Part shown: positions 16,912-25,468 of the stretch, in pieces
Layout: every line of letters begins with the position of its first letter
Position numbering within the stretch: the stretch's first letter is position 1
Source: Escherichia phage PSD2001
Direction: 5' to 3' (one strand)
Length of the DNA stretch: 64,000 bases
Sequence record: OK254198.1
The notes under the pieces: model-generated
Databases searched by the model: none
What the model saw: the letters and a program-made list of their open reading frames with translations, nothing else
What the model was told of the DNA's origin: nothing
Position numbers and translations under genes: made by a program

Positions 16912-17505
16912 TTACTTAAGTGAATTGATGTATTCTTCAATGTCAGCGGACGTGGTATCCACACCAACCTGTGGGCCTTTGAAGGTTTCAACACGCATCA
17001 GAGTGTCTTCAATATCAATCTTAGTCAATGCAGCGATTTCAACAACATCATCTGCGGTCGCAATACCCAGAGCAGATACTTTACGGGTTTCTCGGATGTA
17101 TTCCAGTTTAACAGCTAGTTCCTGACGAGAGTCATCTAGCTCTTTAACTTTCAATTTAATTTCATTACGCATTTCAACATAATCATCTGCCTTCTTACGA
17201 AGTTGTTTAGCAGTGCGACGATACAGGAGACCCAGTTTAGCATGGACCTGGACATCTGCACCATCAGCAATCAGTTTGCGGATTTCACGCTCTTTTGAAG
17301 CGGCGAGTTGGTCTTTTTCATTCGCTAACTCGCGGATGCGTTTTTCTTCATTAACAGACTTAACGTGGGCAGTCTGGAGCTCAGTAATCTTGTCAATCAG
17401 GGTAGAAGCCGCTTGAGTATATTGGTCTTCAATAGACAGGTTTTTTGTCATTGCAGTACCCAGTTTGGAGCGGATGAATTCAACAAGTTTCTTTAAAGTA
17501 TTCAT
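16912..17505 (-). CDS. Hypothetical coiled-coil protein
   Basis: 197 aa, heptad-rich charged sequence; family not established. Confidence 0.55.
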   Translation of the reverse strand: MNTLKKLVEFIRSKLGTAMTKNLSIEDQYTQAASTLIDKITELQTAHVKSVNEEKRIRELANEKDQLAASKEREIRKLIADGADVQVHAKLGLLYRRTAKQLRKKADDYVEMRNEIKLKVKELDDSRQELAVKLEYIRETRKVSALGIATADDVVEIAALTKIDIEDTLMRVETFKGPQVGVDTTSADIEEYINSLK

Positions 17506-17577
17506 GGTATTTCCTTCAGTTGGTTAATGTTTTATTATCCAGGGAACATACTATCATGTTCCCATTAAAGCACTAAT

Positions 17578-17883
17578 TTAGATTTTGTTTTCCTGCACAC
17601 CATAGTAAAGTTCATCAGACACAATATCCAGGATGCGGCGAACATATTCATCATGGTATTGGCAGTCAAAATCAAATGCAACAGTAGTTTCCGCTTCACG
17701 AGTGAATTTAACTTGTACATTCAGGTGATTAACAATGTTAGTTAATTTATCAGTAAAGAACTCTTTTGCTACCGCCTGTTGGACTTGCACTTTGAACTTG
17801 GTGTTACGAATCATATTTTCAGCAGATGCGAAATTACCAGTTTTATCAAAGTCAACAAGTGCCAGGTTGATGATGAATTTCAT
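17578..17883 (-). CDS. Hypothetical protein
   Basis: 101 aa; downstream of partial PeSS. Confidence 0.5.
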   Translation of the reverse strand: MKFIINLALVDFDKTGNFASAENMIRNTKFKVQVQQAVAKEFFTDKLTNIVNHLNVQVKFTREAETTVAFDFDCQYHDEYVRRILDIVSDELYYGVQENKI

Positions 17884-17894
17884 TTTATTCTCCA

Positions 17895-17930
17895 GTGTTT
17901 TATTTGGTAACTCAGTATGGAATCATTATG
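17895..17930 (-). promoter_or_regulatory. Partial PeSS (-10 CATAAT + TCCATACTGAGTTACC arm; -35 half replaced by hairpin)
   Basis: 3' half of PeSS identical to other copies; upstream half is a G5/C5 hairpin 17941-17958. Confidence 0.45.
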
Positions 17931-17965
17931 CCTTAAAGCAGGGGGCTTGTATACCCCCTTTTTAA

Positions 17966-18409
17966 TTAAATTTCAAATTCTTTGCGGAAGTTGGAAGCAT
18001 AAGACTGAACTGATGCTTTGTTGAATCCAAACTCACGCACAATCATATCAATAACAGCTCTACGGGCAGCACCATTAGACATATTAACAGTTTTGAACAT
18101 ATCATAGCATAAATCTTTGTTGCTCATGCCGGAGCGTTTAGGTGCCTTACGTTCAGCTTTTGGTTCAGCTTTAGGAGTAGGTTTAACTTCTGGTTTAACC
18201 TGTCCATCATTCAGACCTTTAAAAATTTTACCTGCCAGCGTTGCCAGTTTAGCAGCTTCGCCACGAGTGATACCAAATACTGCCGGGTTAAATGAAATAC
18301 CTTCAGCTGTCAGACGTTTGAAGAACATACGTGCTGCGGATTGTGCTTCAGCTTCAGAAGAGTTGTTTAATGCCAGTTTAATGTACTTAACCAGTTTTGA
18401 AGTTTTCAT
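17966..18409 (-). CDS. Hypothetical protein, C-terminal 'AARRAVID...VQSYASNFRK' domain
   Basis: 147 aa; C-terminal ~40 aa shared with 18863..19288. Confidence 0.55.
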   Translation of the reverse strand: MKTSKLVKYIKLALNNSSEAEAQSAARMFFKRLTAEGISFNPAVFGITRGEAAKLATLAGKIFKGLNDGQVKPEVKPTPKAEPKAERKAPKRSGMSNKDLCYDMFKTVNMSNGAARRAVIDMIVREFGFNKASVQSYASNFRKEFEI

Positions 18410-18411
18410 TT

Positions 18412-18470
18412 TATTATCCCGTTTGTTTATTTGGTAACTCAGTATGGAATCATTATGTCTTAGTTAAATT
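18412..18470 (-). promoter_or_regulatory. PeSS-like early promoter (-35 GTGTAC, -10 CATAAT; left repeat arm absent)
   Basis: GTGTAC-18nt-CATAAT-GATTCCATACTGAGTTACC upstream of 17966..18409. Confidence 0.5.
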
Positions 18471-18482
18471 CCAAAGTACACA

Positions 18483-18779
18483 TTAATTTTCAGAAGTTGG
18501 GAAATAAACTTCAAAGTCATACATGTTTACTACCGCAGACGCGATTGCCTGGTACTGCATACCTAAGAAAGTTTTCTTATTCTTGCGCCACAAGTTAACC
18601 ATTTCTGTTTTGATGCATGCCAGGGAATAGTTGGATGCAGGATACTGTTTGATGATTGCAACAACTTCTTCAGAAGCAGTTTCGCACAATTCATTCAGTT
18701 GAGCTTCAATTTTAGCAGAAATGATTGCTTTGTTTTCTTTTTGAGCTTGGGTAGCGTGCCACGCAGGTGCGTTAAACAT
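18483..18779 (-). CDS. Hypothetical protein
   Basis: 98 aa; PeSS upstream. Confidence 0.5.
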   Translation of the reverse strand: MFNAPAWHATQAQKENKAIISAKIEAQLNELCETASEEVVAIIKQYPASNYSLACIKTEMVNLWRKNKKTFLGMQYQAIASAVVNMYDFEVYFPTSEN

Positions 18780-18789
18780 TTTTATTCTC

Positions 18790-18848
18790 CAGTGTTTTAT
18801 TTGTTAACTCAGTATGGGATAATTATACACTATCCCACCTGGAAGTAA
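18790..18848 (-). promoter_or_regulatory. PeSS-like early promoter (-10 TATAAT inside GGGATAG/TATCCC inverted repeat)
   Basis: Minus-strand read TTTACTTCC-AGGTGGGATAGTG-TATAAT-TATCCCATACTGAG. Confidence 0.55.
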
Positions 18849-18862
18849 AACACTTTTCTCAA

Positions 18863-19288
18863 TTATTTTTGAGCTTTGCGGAAGTTGGAAGCATATGACT
18901 GAACAACAGTCTTTTTGATATCATGGGTGTTAACCAGAACATCAATCAGAGCGCGGCGGGCAGCATTATCATTCATATCAATTTCTGCAAATGCCTGGAA
19001 GCAAATTTCACGAGCGTTACCAGATTTGGACTGGATTTTTTCTTCTTTAACTTCTTCAATTGGGAATTCAATCATTTCAGCTTTGATTAATTCAATGATG
19101 GATTCTTTTGACTGTTTGGTGTTTACCTTCAGTTCAGAATTAAGGGACTTAGCGATGGCAACAATCTGGGTTGAAGTCAGATGGATAAGTGCATCTTCAC
19201 GAATGCAGATTTCGCATACTTCGTCAGCAACCATTTTGTTGGTGATGCGGGTAACAGAGAATGCAGAGGTCAGGGTCAGAAAGTTCAT
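18863..19288 (-). CDS. Hypothetical protein, C-terminal 'AARRALID...VQSYASNFRK' domain
   Basis: 141 aa from internal ATG with SD GGAGAAA; paralogous C-terminus to 17966..18409. Confidence 0.55.
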   Translation of the reverse strand: MNFLTLTSAFSVTRITNKMVADEVCEICIREDALIHLTSTQIVAIAKSLNSELKVNTKQSKESIIELIKAEMIEFPIEEVKEEKIQSKSGNAREICFQAFAEIDMNDNAARRALIDVLVNTHDIKKTVVQSYASNFRKAQK

Positions 19289-19317
19289 TTTATTTCTCCA
19301 AAGTTTTGTTTGATTCA

Positions 19318-19372
19318 GTGTGTAACTCAGTATGGAATCATTATGCACCCGGTCAATTCGGATGTACACTAC
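19318..19372 (-). promoter_or_regulatory. PeSS-like early promoter (-35 GTGTACA, -10 CATAAT)
   Basis: GTAGTGTACA-...-CATAATGATTCCATACTGAGTTAC. Confidence 0.55.
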
Positions 19373-19404
19373 TTTTTGAAGAAAATTTCAAATTTATTCG
19401 GGGT

Positions 19405-19436
19405 ATAAAAAAGCCCCAACCTTTCGGGAGGGGCTA
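19405..19436 (-). terminator. Intrinsic terminator closing the tRNA-region transcript
   Basis: GC-rich hairpin AGCCCC...GGGGCT followed by T-run on minus strand. Confidence 0.6.
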
Positions 19437-19739
19437 TACCTTGTCGGGGTTCCACCTGCAAGGCAAGTGTTTGTACGAAACGCCGGGGTTCGAACCCGGT
19501 TATTAAGTAGTTGACGCTACCCAATATTTTTAAAAGGCCATATCTCGACCATATCCGAACGTTCCGTCAAAAACGCCACTCGGCTTACGGCAAAGATATT
19601 TCCTCGAATCGATAATTCGGTGCGCCGTTTCTGCTGTGATGTAAGGGGATATTAACAAATCGTAAAGATTTATTAAGACCAGTCCTTACGCAGGGAACAT
19701 CAGTCCGACGACTTACCGGTAGCGACCCGGTTTCTTGTT

Positions 19740-19815
19740 TGGTACCTCTAGAAGGACTCGAACCCTCACCTTTAACCTTAGAACGATTATATGCTATCCG
19801 TTACACTATAGAGGC
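19740..19815 (-). tRNA. tRNA-Arg (anticodon TCT), CCA encoded
   Basis: Manual fold: acceptor GCCTCTA/TAGAGGT (one G-U), D-arm, anticodon stem TAATC/GGTTA with loop GTTCTAA, T-arm GAGGG-TTCGAGT-CCTTC, then ACCA. Confidence 0.8.
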
Positions 19816-20466
19816 AATTAAATTATTTACAATATCATCTTTATAAACTTCGGCATAATGCAGTTCATAAATTTTCCAACCTGCGGCTTTTATGATATCA
19901 TGTCTTTCTTTATAATATGGGGCCAAAATCTTTTGTTTTGGATTGGAATAATGTTGATTTCCATTAACTTCAATAATTATTTTCTTATCTATTAAAGCAA
20001 TATCACAAGAATATGCTCGGTTTTCAACTGCCTGATATTCTTCGACAAATATAATACCAGCTTCAAGCAGTTTGGTTTTTAAAAATTCACACGGCACCGA
20101 TTTAAATTTAGTATTCTTTTTCCAAGGGTGTTTATCGGGATTTTCTTTTAACCATTTCTTTCTTCCATCAGAAATTCGTTTTATAGATTCGGGAGAGTGT
20201 TCTCTGCCTAGCGAAGCGACTGATAATTTTTCTCGAGTTTCCGCAGAAACGACAAACGGGACACCTGTCTTTTTAGCTACTACAAATTGATTTAAATTCC
20301 CAGATTCTATACGAGCTTTATTCATCGCAGCAACTGCAGTTTTAGAACCCTCTTTATAGGAATCTAACTTAGGGTTAGATGGACACCATCTTGTATGATT
20401 AGCCATCCAGCCTTTAGGCTTGTTAGAAGTATCAAATTCTTTATTACAATGTTTGCAGATGCTCAT
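19801..20466 (-). CDS. Putative homing endonuclease: N-terminal Zn-finger, NUMOD3-like motif, C-terminal Vsr-like (PD-(D/E)xK, DUF559-type) nuclease
   Basis: 221 aa; 'CKHCNKEF...HTRWC'; 'SAETREKLSVASLGREHSPESIKRIS'; C-term 'IIEVNGNQHY...ERHDIIKAAGWKIYEL'; lies between two tRNAs. Confidence 0.6.
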   Translation of the reverse strand: MSICKHCNKEFDTSNKPKGWMANHTRWCPSNPKLDSYKEGSKTAVAAMNKARIESGNLNQFVVAKKTGVPFVVSAETREKLSVASLGREHSPESIKRISDGRKKWLKENPDKHPWKKNTKFKSVPCEFLKTKLLEAGIIFVEEYQAVENRAYSCDIALIDKKIIIEVNGNQHYSNPKQKILAPYYKERHDIIKAAGWKIYELHYAEVYKDDIVNNLIASIV

Positions 20467-20492
20467 CAAAAATCTCCTATTAAGTATAGGAG

Positions 20493-20500
20493 TATTTATA
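20493..20500 (-). promoter_or_regulatory. Late-promoter TATAAATA upstream of the tRNA-region nuclease gene, followed by an SD-sequestering hairpin
   Basis: Minus strand TATAAATA-CTCCTATACTTAATAGGAG-ATTTTTG-ATG; SD AGGAG is in the 3' arm. Confidence 0.5.
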
Positions 20501-20527
20501 ATTGGACAGAGCACCATTCTAAAAATA

Positions 20528-20602
20528 TGACCCAGACCAGATTTGAACTGGTAACCTTTCCCTTATGAGGGGACTGCTGCTAACCAATTGAGCTACAGGG
20601 CC
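20528..20602 (-). tRNA. tRNA with anticodon CAT (Met or Ile2)
   Basis: Manual fold: acceptor GGCCCTG, anticodon loop CTCATAA, perfect T-arm ACCAG-TTCAAAT-CTGGT; one acceptor mismatch and a 3-bp D-stem. Confidence 0.7.
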
Positions 20603-20607
20603 TAAAA

Positions 20608-20883
20608 TTAAATTACAAATCCAGCAGGAGCATTATCATCTTTAACCATATGCTGAATTGTATGATAAGTCATTTCTTCTGGTGCAACCAGATAAGCCGC
20701 CGTATTAACCAACGGGATTAATTTGACTTTATTGAATGTTGAACAACCAATTGACATAAAGGTTTCGCCCGTTGGATGCTGAATTTCGCCAAATTGACAC
20801 TCATACGAAATAGAGCAACGTTTGGTAGTGGTTGTCTTTGTTTTAGGGTCATAAAAAGCTAATTTTAATACTAACATAAACAC
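20608..20883 (-). CDS. Hypothetical protein
   Basis: 91 aa ORF. Confidence 0.5.
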   Translation of the reverse strand: MFMLVLKLAFYDPKTKTTTTKRCSISYECQFGEIQHPTGETFMSIGCSTFNKVKLIPLVNTAAYLVAPEEMTYHTIQHMVKDDNAPAGFVI

Positions 20884-20998
20884 CTCATGTAAAATTAAGT
20901 AAAGTAAGTTTGATTAATAGCACATGCTATTATGAAAGGTTCTTTGAGGGAAGAACCTTTGGTAATAGAGGGTACTTATTAATAATAACGCGTTTTTA

Positions 20999-21475
20999 TT
21001 AAAGCATATCAAGCGCTTTAACAGATGGGATTTGGATTTCTTCTTCGATTATATATAGCTTAACATAAGAAATTACACGCATGAAATCGCCATCATATTC
21101 GCAAGCCATACCAAGGAGCTCAGTAAGGGCTTCATTCAAATAGTATGCTTCTTCATCATCATTCAGCAAGGCTTCTAAGTCTTGGATACCAAGAACTTTA
21201 TCCAAAAATTCATAAGTCAACTGGCCAGATTTTACACCAGATTCAATGTGGGCTATAACCAAGTGCTTAACCACATCCCATTCTGAATTACCACATTTAT
21301 TGCGGTTGTTACAATGCGAACCATGGAAAAGTTCTAGGATATATTTGTACTGTTGGATTTCTTGTTCTTCTACGCCAAATACCGTTTGGGTTTTATAGTT
21401 GTCACCATCATTTTCCCAGGTTTCAATTTCAATCACATAACCTTTAGGGATGGTCTGACCAAATTTGATATTCAT
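20999..21475 (-). CDS. Hypothetical acidic protein
   Basis: 158 aa ORF. Confidence 0.55.
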   Translation of the reverse strand: MNIKFGQTIPKGYVIEIETWENDGDNYKTQTVFGVEEQEIQQYKYILELFHGSHCNNRNKCGNSEWDVVKHLVIAHIESGVKSGQLTYEFLDKVLGIQDLEALLNDDEEAYYLNEALTELLGMACEYDGDFMRVISYVKLYIIEEEIQIPSVKALDML

Positions 21476-21477
21476 AA

Positions 21478-21858
21478 TCAGCCCTCATCAACAATAGTAT
21501 GGGTATTGGCATTAACAATCTGCCACCAGTCAAAACGGTTGGAACCGTAACAAGGCTTATTCTCGTTTTCTTTAATTATATCACGCAGTTCATCTTCAGT
21601 CGCAGCTTTTGCAATTAAATCAGCATAACCGCCACGAGGATAATAGTTATCACCAGCAAAGAGCAAAAAGTTTGTTTTGATATTCTTAAATTCTTCAAGA
21701 GTAATAACTGTTCCATTGGGTTGAACAATATCCACATAACTATATCCTAATTTCTGGGCTTCAGCTACCGCTTCAAGCAGGGTGTCATGCGCCCACCCAA
21801 TTTGACAATCTGGTTTTTCAGATGGATTTGCTTGATAATCCGCATACACTTTATACAT
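21478..21858 (-). CDS. Hypothetical protein
   Basis: 126 aa from internal ATG with SD AAGGTGAG. Confidence 0.5.
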   Translation of the reverse strand: MYKVYADYQANPSEKPDCQIGWAHDTLLEAVAEAQKLGYSYVDIVQPNGTVITLEEFKNIKTNFLLFAGDNYYPRGGYADLIAKAATEDELRDIIKENENKPCYGSNRFDWWQIVNANTHTIVDEG

Positions 21859-21859
21859 T

Positions 21860-22045
21860 TTACTCACCTTTGGAGATTTTATCCATAACGAAAGAGATTG
21901 AACCAATTAAAAATGCAACTACTAAAGAGATTATATTCTCAGAAGTTGAAAGCATATTCAACATAAAGCCAGCAAACATGCTAAAACCAAAAGCGGTAAC
22001 AGCAACAATGGCAGTAACATTTCTAATTAATTCGCAACGTTTCAT
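21860..22045 (-). CDS. Hypothetical small membrane protein
   Basis: 61 aa with two hydrophobic helices; PeSS upstream. Confidence 0.5.
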   Translation of the reverse strand: MKRCELIRNVTAIVAVTAFGFSMFAGFMLNMLSTSENIISLVVAFLIGSISFVMDKISKGE

Positions 22046-22047
22046 TT

Positions 22048-22100
22048 TATTCTCCTCAGTAGTTGATGGGATAATTATACTGCAACTATCCCATCACGTA
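22048..22100 (-). promoter_or_regulatory. PeSS-like early promoter (GTGTAC ... GATGGGATAG-TTGCAG-TATAAT-TATCCCATC)
   Basis: Near-identical to copy at 22384..22438. Confidence 0.6.
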
Positions 22101-22102
22101 CA

Positions 22103-22381
22103 CTAAATTTTTGTATATTGTCCAGCTTTAACTTTTTTCAGTTCACGAGGGCTTACCGCGTAAGTGAATGGAGCATTCCAGGAAGAACTGACTTTGTAAC
22201 CTTTAGTCAACATCATTGCTGAAACTTTCTTGTTATCAGGACCGTTTTCGCCTTTAACAAGAAACAACTCAAATGCGCCACCATCAACCGGTCTGGCCTT
22301 AACCATCAGATGTCCTTTCAGGTCTTCCAGCATATCCGGGTGATTAATTGATTCGTTAATAAATTCTTGATAAGTTTTCAT
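22103..22381 (-). CDS. Internal-protein-like, CTS N-terminus (MKTYQEFINE)
   Basis: 92 aa; CTS decapeptide with I-N-E cleavage motif; PeSS upstream. Confidence 0.7.
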   Translation of the reverse strand: MKTYQEFINESINHPDMLEDLKGHLMVKARPVDGGAFELFLVKGENGPDNKKVSAMMLTKGYKVSSSWNAPFTYAVSPRELKKVKAGQYTKI

Positions 22382-22383
22382 TA

Positions 22384-22438
22384 GTAGCTCCAGTAGTTGA
22401 TGGGATAATTATACTGCAACTATCCCATCGTGTACATT
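22384..22438 (-). promoter_or_regulatory. PeSS-like early promoter (duplicate of 22048..22100 copy)
   Basis: GTACAC-GATGGGATAGTTGCAG-TATAAT-TATCCCATCAACTACTGGAG. Confidence 0.6.
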
Positions 22439-22736
22439 ACATTTTTGAACCACGAATTACACCATAAGCGGCGAAGTCGTCAGAAATATCTTTAGGAGAG
22501 TTCTTACCAGTTTCAATGAAGGCAATGCTTGACTTCTGACTAAAAGAGGTAATTTTGTTATAGTTGGAGTCAAGGAAGGTATAACCATTTTTACGCAGCT
22601 GGTCAAAGTCTTCAGCGTCGCCTTTACCTTTGAAGTCAACCCATTTGTAGGTGTTTTTCTTCTGAAGACCCAGAGGCCAGGTTTTTGCTTCTGCCAGGTA
22701 ATTGTTTTCTACCAAAAATTCATGAAAAGTTTGCAT
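22437..22736 (-). CDS. Internal-protein-like, degenerate CTS (MQTFHEFLVE)
   Basis: 99 aa; N-terminus matches the CTS pattern M-x-T-[YF]-x-E-F-h-x-E. Confidence 0.6.
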   Translation of the reverse strand: MQTFHEFLVENNYLAEAKTWPLGLQKKNTYKWVDFKGKGDAEDFDQLRKNGYTFLDSNYNKITSFSQKSSIAFIETGKNSPKDISDDFAAYGVIRGSKM

Positions 22737-22744
22737 TTGAAATC

Positions 22745-23017
22745 CTATTTTAGATAAATTGCGTATTTTTTATAACCAGCCGTCTCATGACGGAGACCCT
22801 TGTCATTGGCAAAACGCTCAATGTTATTAATTTGGTTCTGGTCAAGTTCTGAAATGTCAAACGCGAAAAAGTTGCGTTTGTTGCCAATTGTTATATGGTC
22901 AGTTAAGTCAATGCTATACAGGTGATTGATATTGTCAATCATAGCTTTGACTGCTTTACTAATTTTTACTTCTTCATTCAGTTGTGACTCGTTGAAAAGT
23001 TCATTGAAAGTTTTCAT
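22745..23017 (-). CDS. Internal-protein-like, degenerate CTS (MKTFNELFNE)
   Basis: 90 aa. Confidence 0.55.
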   Translation of the reverse strand: MKTFNELFNESQLNEEVKISKAVKAMIDNINHLYSIDLTDHITIGNKRNFFAFDISELDQNQINNIERFANDKGLRHETAGYKKYAIYLK

Positions 23018-23025
23018 AAGAAACC

Positions 23026-23358
23026 TTATTTATAAAGTTTTGCCAGTTCTTTACGTCCGCGAGCAGACATAATAAATTGTTCATCGCCAATTTTAAAATA
23101 AGCCATACCACCGTCAACAGCGATACCAATTTCTTTAGTACCTTCTTTGCCTTTCCACTTGCCACCAGATTTCAGGACAGCTTCAACTGCAGCTTTGGAA
23201 TATTTGGACGTTTGAAAACGTTCATTACCAATCTGAAAGAAAACACCATCTGCGTTTTTGGTTAAACCAAATTTCAGAGAGCCTTCACTATCATCAATTG
23301 ATTTGGTCTCATTGATGGCGGATTCGGCTAAAAACTCGTTATAAGTTTTGATGTTCAT
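23026..23358 (-). CDS. Internal-protein-like, CTS variant (MNIKTYNEFLAE)
   Basis: 110 aa from internal ATG; adjacent to 57B where T4 has ipI. Confidence 0.6.
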   Translation of the reverse strand: MNIKTYNEFLAESAINETKSIDDSEGSLKFGLTKNADGVFFQIGNERFQTSKYSKAAVEAVLKSGGKWKGKEGTKEIGIAVDGGMAYFKIGDEQFIMSARGRKELAKLYK

Positions 23359-23359
23359 T

Positions 23360-23415
23360 TTAACTCCGTTTGTTCGTTGGTGTAGGAGCATAATACTGCA
23401 CCTACACTCATTTGT
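23360..23415 (-). promoter_or_regulatory. PeSS-like early promoter (-35 GTGTACA, -10 TATTAT bracketed by TGTAGGTG/CCTACACC inverted repeat)
   Basis: Same promoter-in-hairpin architecture with a different stem sequence. Confidence 0.55.
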
Positions 23416-23418
23416 ACA

Positions 23419-24109
<691 letters not shown>

Positions 24110-24110
<1 letters not shown>

Positions 24111-24787
24111 TATATTACCTTATTAATTTTATCAAAAAGTTCTTCGAGTGTGCCATCGTTTTTAATAACAATGTCACTAGCTAGTGGTGGAAGTCCAGCT
24201 TCCGTAATGTGTGTATCAGTAGAATGATTTGCTTCATCGCGTTCTACAAAGATTATTGTAGCACCCATCGCCCGAAGCGAATCAAGTTCGTTCTTTTGGC
24301 GAACATCTGGGACAACGTAATATTTATATCCAGAATAGAGGTTGTCAAGATAGTCGCAGGCAAAAGTTTTAATCCAAAACATGCTGTCGAACTCTGTACA
24401 AACAATATCAGTTCCAAGGGTCTGCATGAAACGTCTAACTGTCCAGGGCTCAACATTATTTAGTGTGTGAAATTCAATAATTTTACGAACCATATCCGGA
24501 TTCGGAAGGTCAAGATTGTATTGTTGTTTCAACCATTCAAGAGCATCAACCAGAAGAATATAAGCTTCGGTGTTGTTCATTATTAAGGTTTTTTCACGGT
24601 CGTAACCTTGTCCATCAAAATTTTCCAGGGTCAAATTGTGTGGCAGGTCTTGACGAATCCACGCGTTATAAAGCGCTTCTTTAATCGGACCTGCAAGCTG
24701 CCACTTTGTTCCATTTTGACTAATAACATAATCAGCAGTCGTATCTTTACCACTGCGTTTTTTACCCACAATCGCAATTAATTTCAT
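24110..24787 (-). CDS. 1: Deoxynucleoside monophosphate kinase (gp1)
   Basis: P-loop 'GKKRSGKDTTADY'; 'YQLAGPIKEAL', 'TDTHITEAGLP' as in T4 gp1. Confidence 0.93.
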
Positions 24788-25383
24788 ACGTTTCTCATAG
24801 ATGGATGCATTGACTTAGACCGGATTTCCTGTTGCATTGCTGCATTACTATCAATCTGTGGTCTACCTTCTATTATTATACCATCAATTTCTACAGCAAA
24901 AGACTTAAAGTTAAAAGTCGCTGTTGCATTGATAGCCGGGTCAGAATCTTCTTTATATGAATACTGAATCTCTGACAAGTCGGACGGCCATGCCCCATAG
25001 TAATGGATTGACATGACAATTTTGTCCTTGTTGTTATCTAAGATATGAAGCGTGACCGCTTCGGGACGACCCTTTGGATGCCATGCTTTTGATTCGTGTG
25101 TGATGTAGTTGTTGAGCGAGAGCATCCATTTATAGATATCAAGCCATGCTCTTAGGTCTTTGTCACACAGAAAGTTAACAATCAGCGGGTCGAATTCTAT
25201 TGTACTACCAGGAAGACTGGAGCGATTTATACCTTGTGTTCCCCCAGGGACATCCGTCACAGGAATGTGAACTCCTGGGAGGGTAACGTCTTGAACGTTG
25301 AGTTTAAAGGTCTGTGTGAGGTTTGAATCGCTTACCTCTAATATAAAGTTAGTCGTGTTAGTTTGATTATATAAACCTGACAT
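24784..25383 (-). CDS. 3: Tail tube terminator / sheath stabiliser gp3
   Basis: 'MSGLYNQTNTTNFILEV...' matches T4 gp3 N-terminus; ORF-track N-extension rejected. Confidence 0.85.
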   Translation of the reverse strand: MSGLYNQTNTTNFILEVSDSNLTQTFKLNVQDVTLPGVHIPVTDVPGGTQGINRSSLPGSTIEFDPLIVNFLCDKDLRAWLDIYKWMLSLNNYITHESKAWHPKGRPEAVTLHILDNNKDKIVMSIHYYGAWPSDLSEIQYSYKEDSDPAINATATFNFKSFAVEIDGIIIEGRPQIDSNAAMQQEIRSKSMHPSMRNV

Positions 25384-25468
25384 AGTGCGCCTTGTTTGCT
25401 TTAAAACAATCAGTGTTATAATGGTTCTAGACCTTTTGTCCATACCAATAACACTGACCGATAATAGA

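Noticed and set aside
16912-17505. PspA/IM30-family assignment for the 197-aa coiled-coil protein
   Set aside because: Only a generic coiled-coil resemblance could be seen by eye; left as hypothetical.
17925-17935. TGCTTTA resembling a MotA box (T4 middle promoter)
   Set aside because: Only 3-4 nt from the -10 element instead of the required ~12 nt; more likely chance overlap with the partial PeSS.
19484-19500. T-arm-like hairpin CCGGG-TTCGAAC-CCCGG as a third tRNA
   Set aside because: No compatible acceptor stem, D-arm or anticodon arm could be folded at either standard or long-variable-arm spacing; kept only as a candidate structured RNA.
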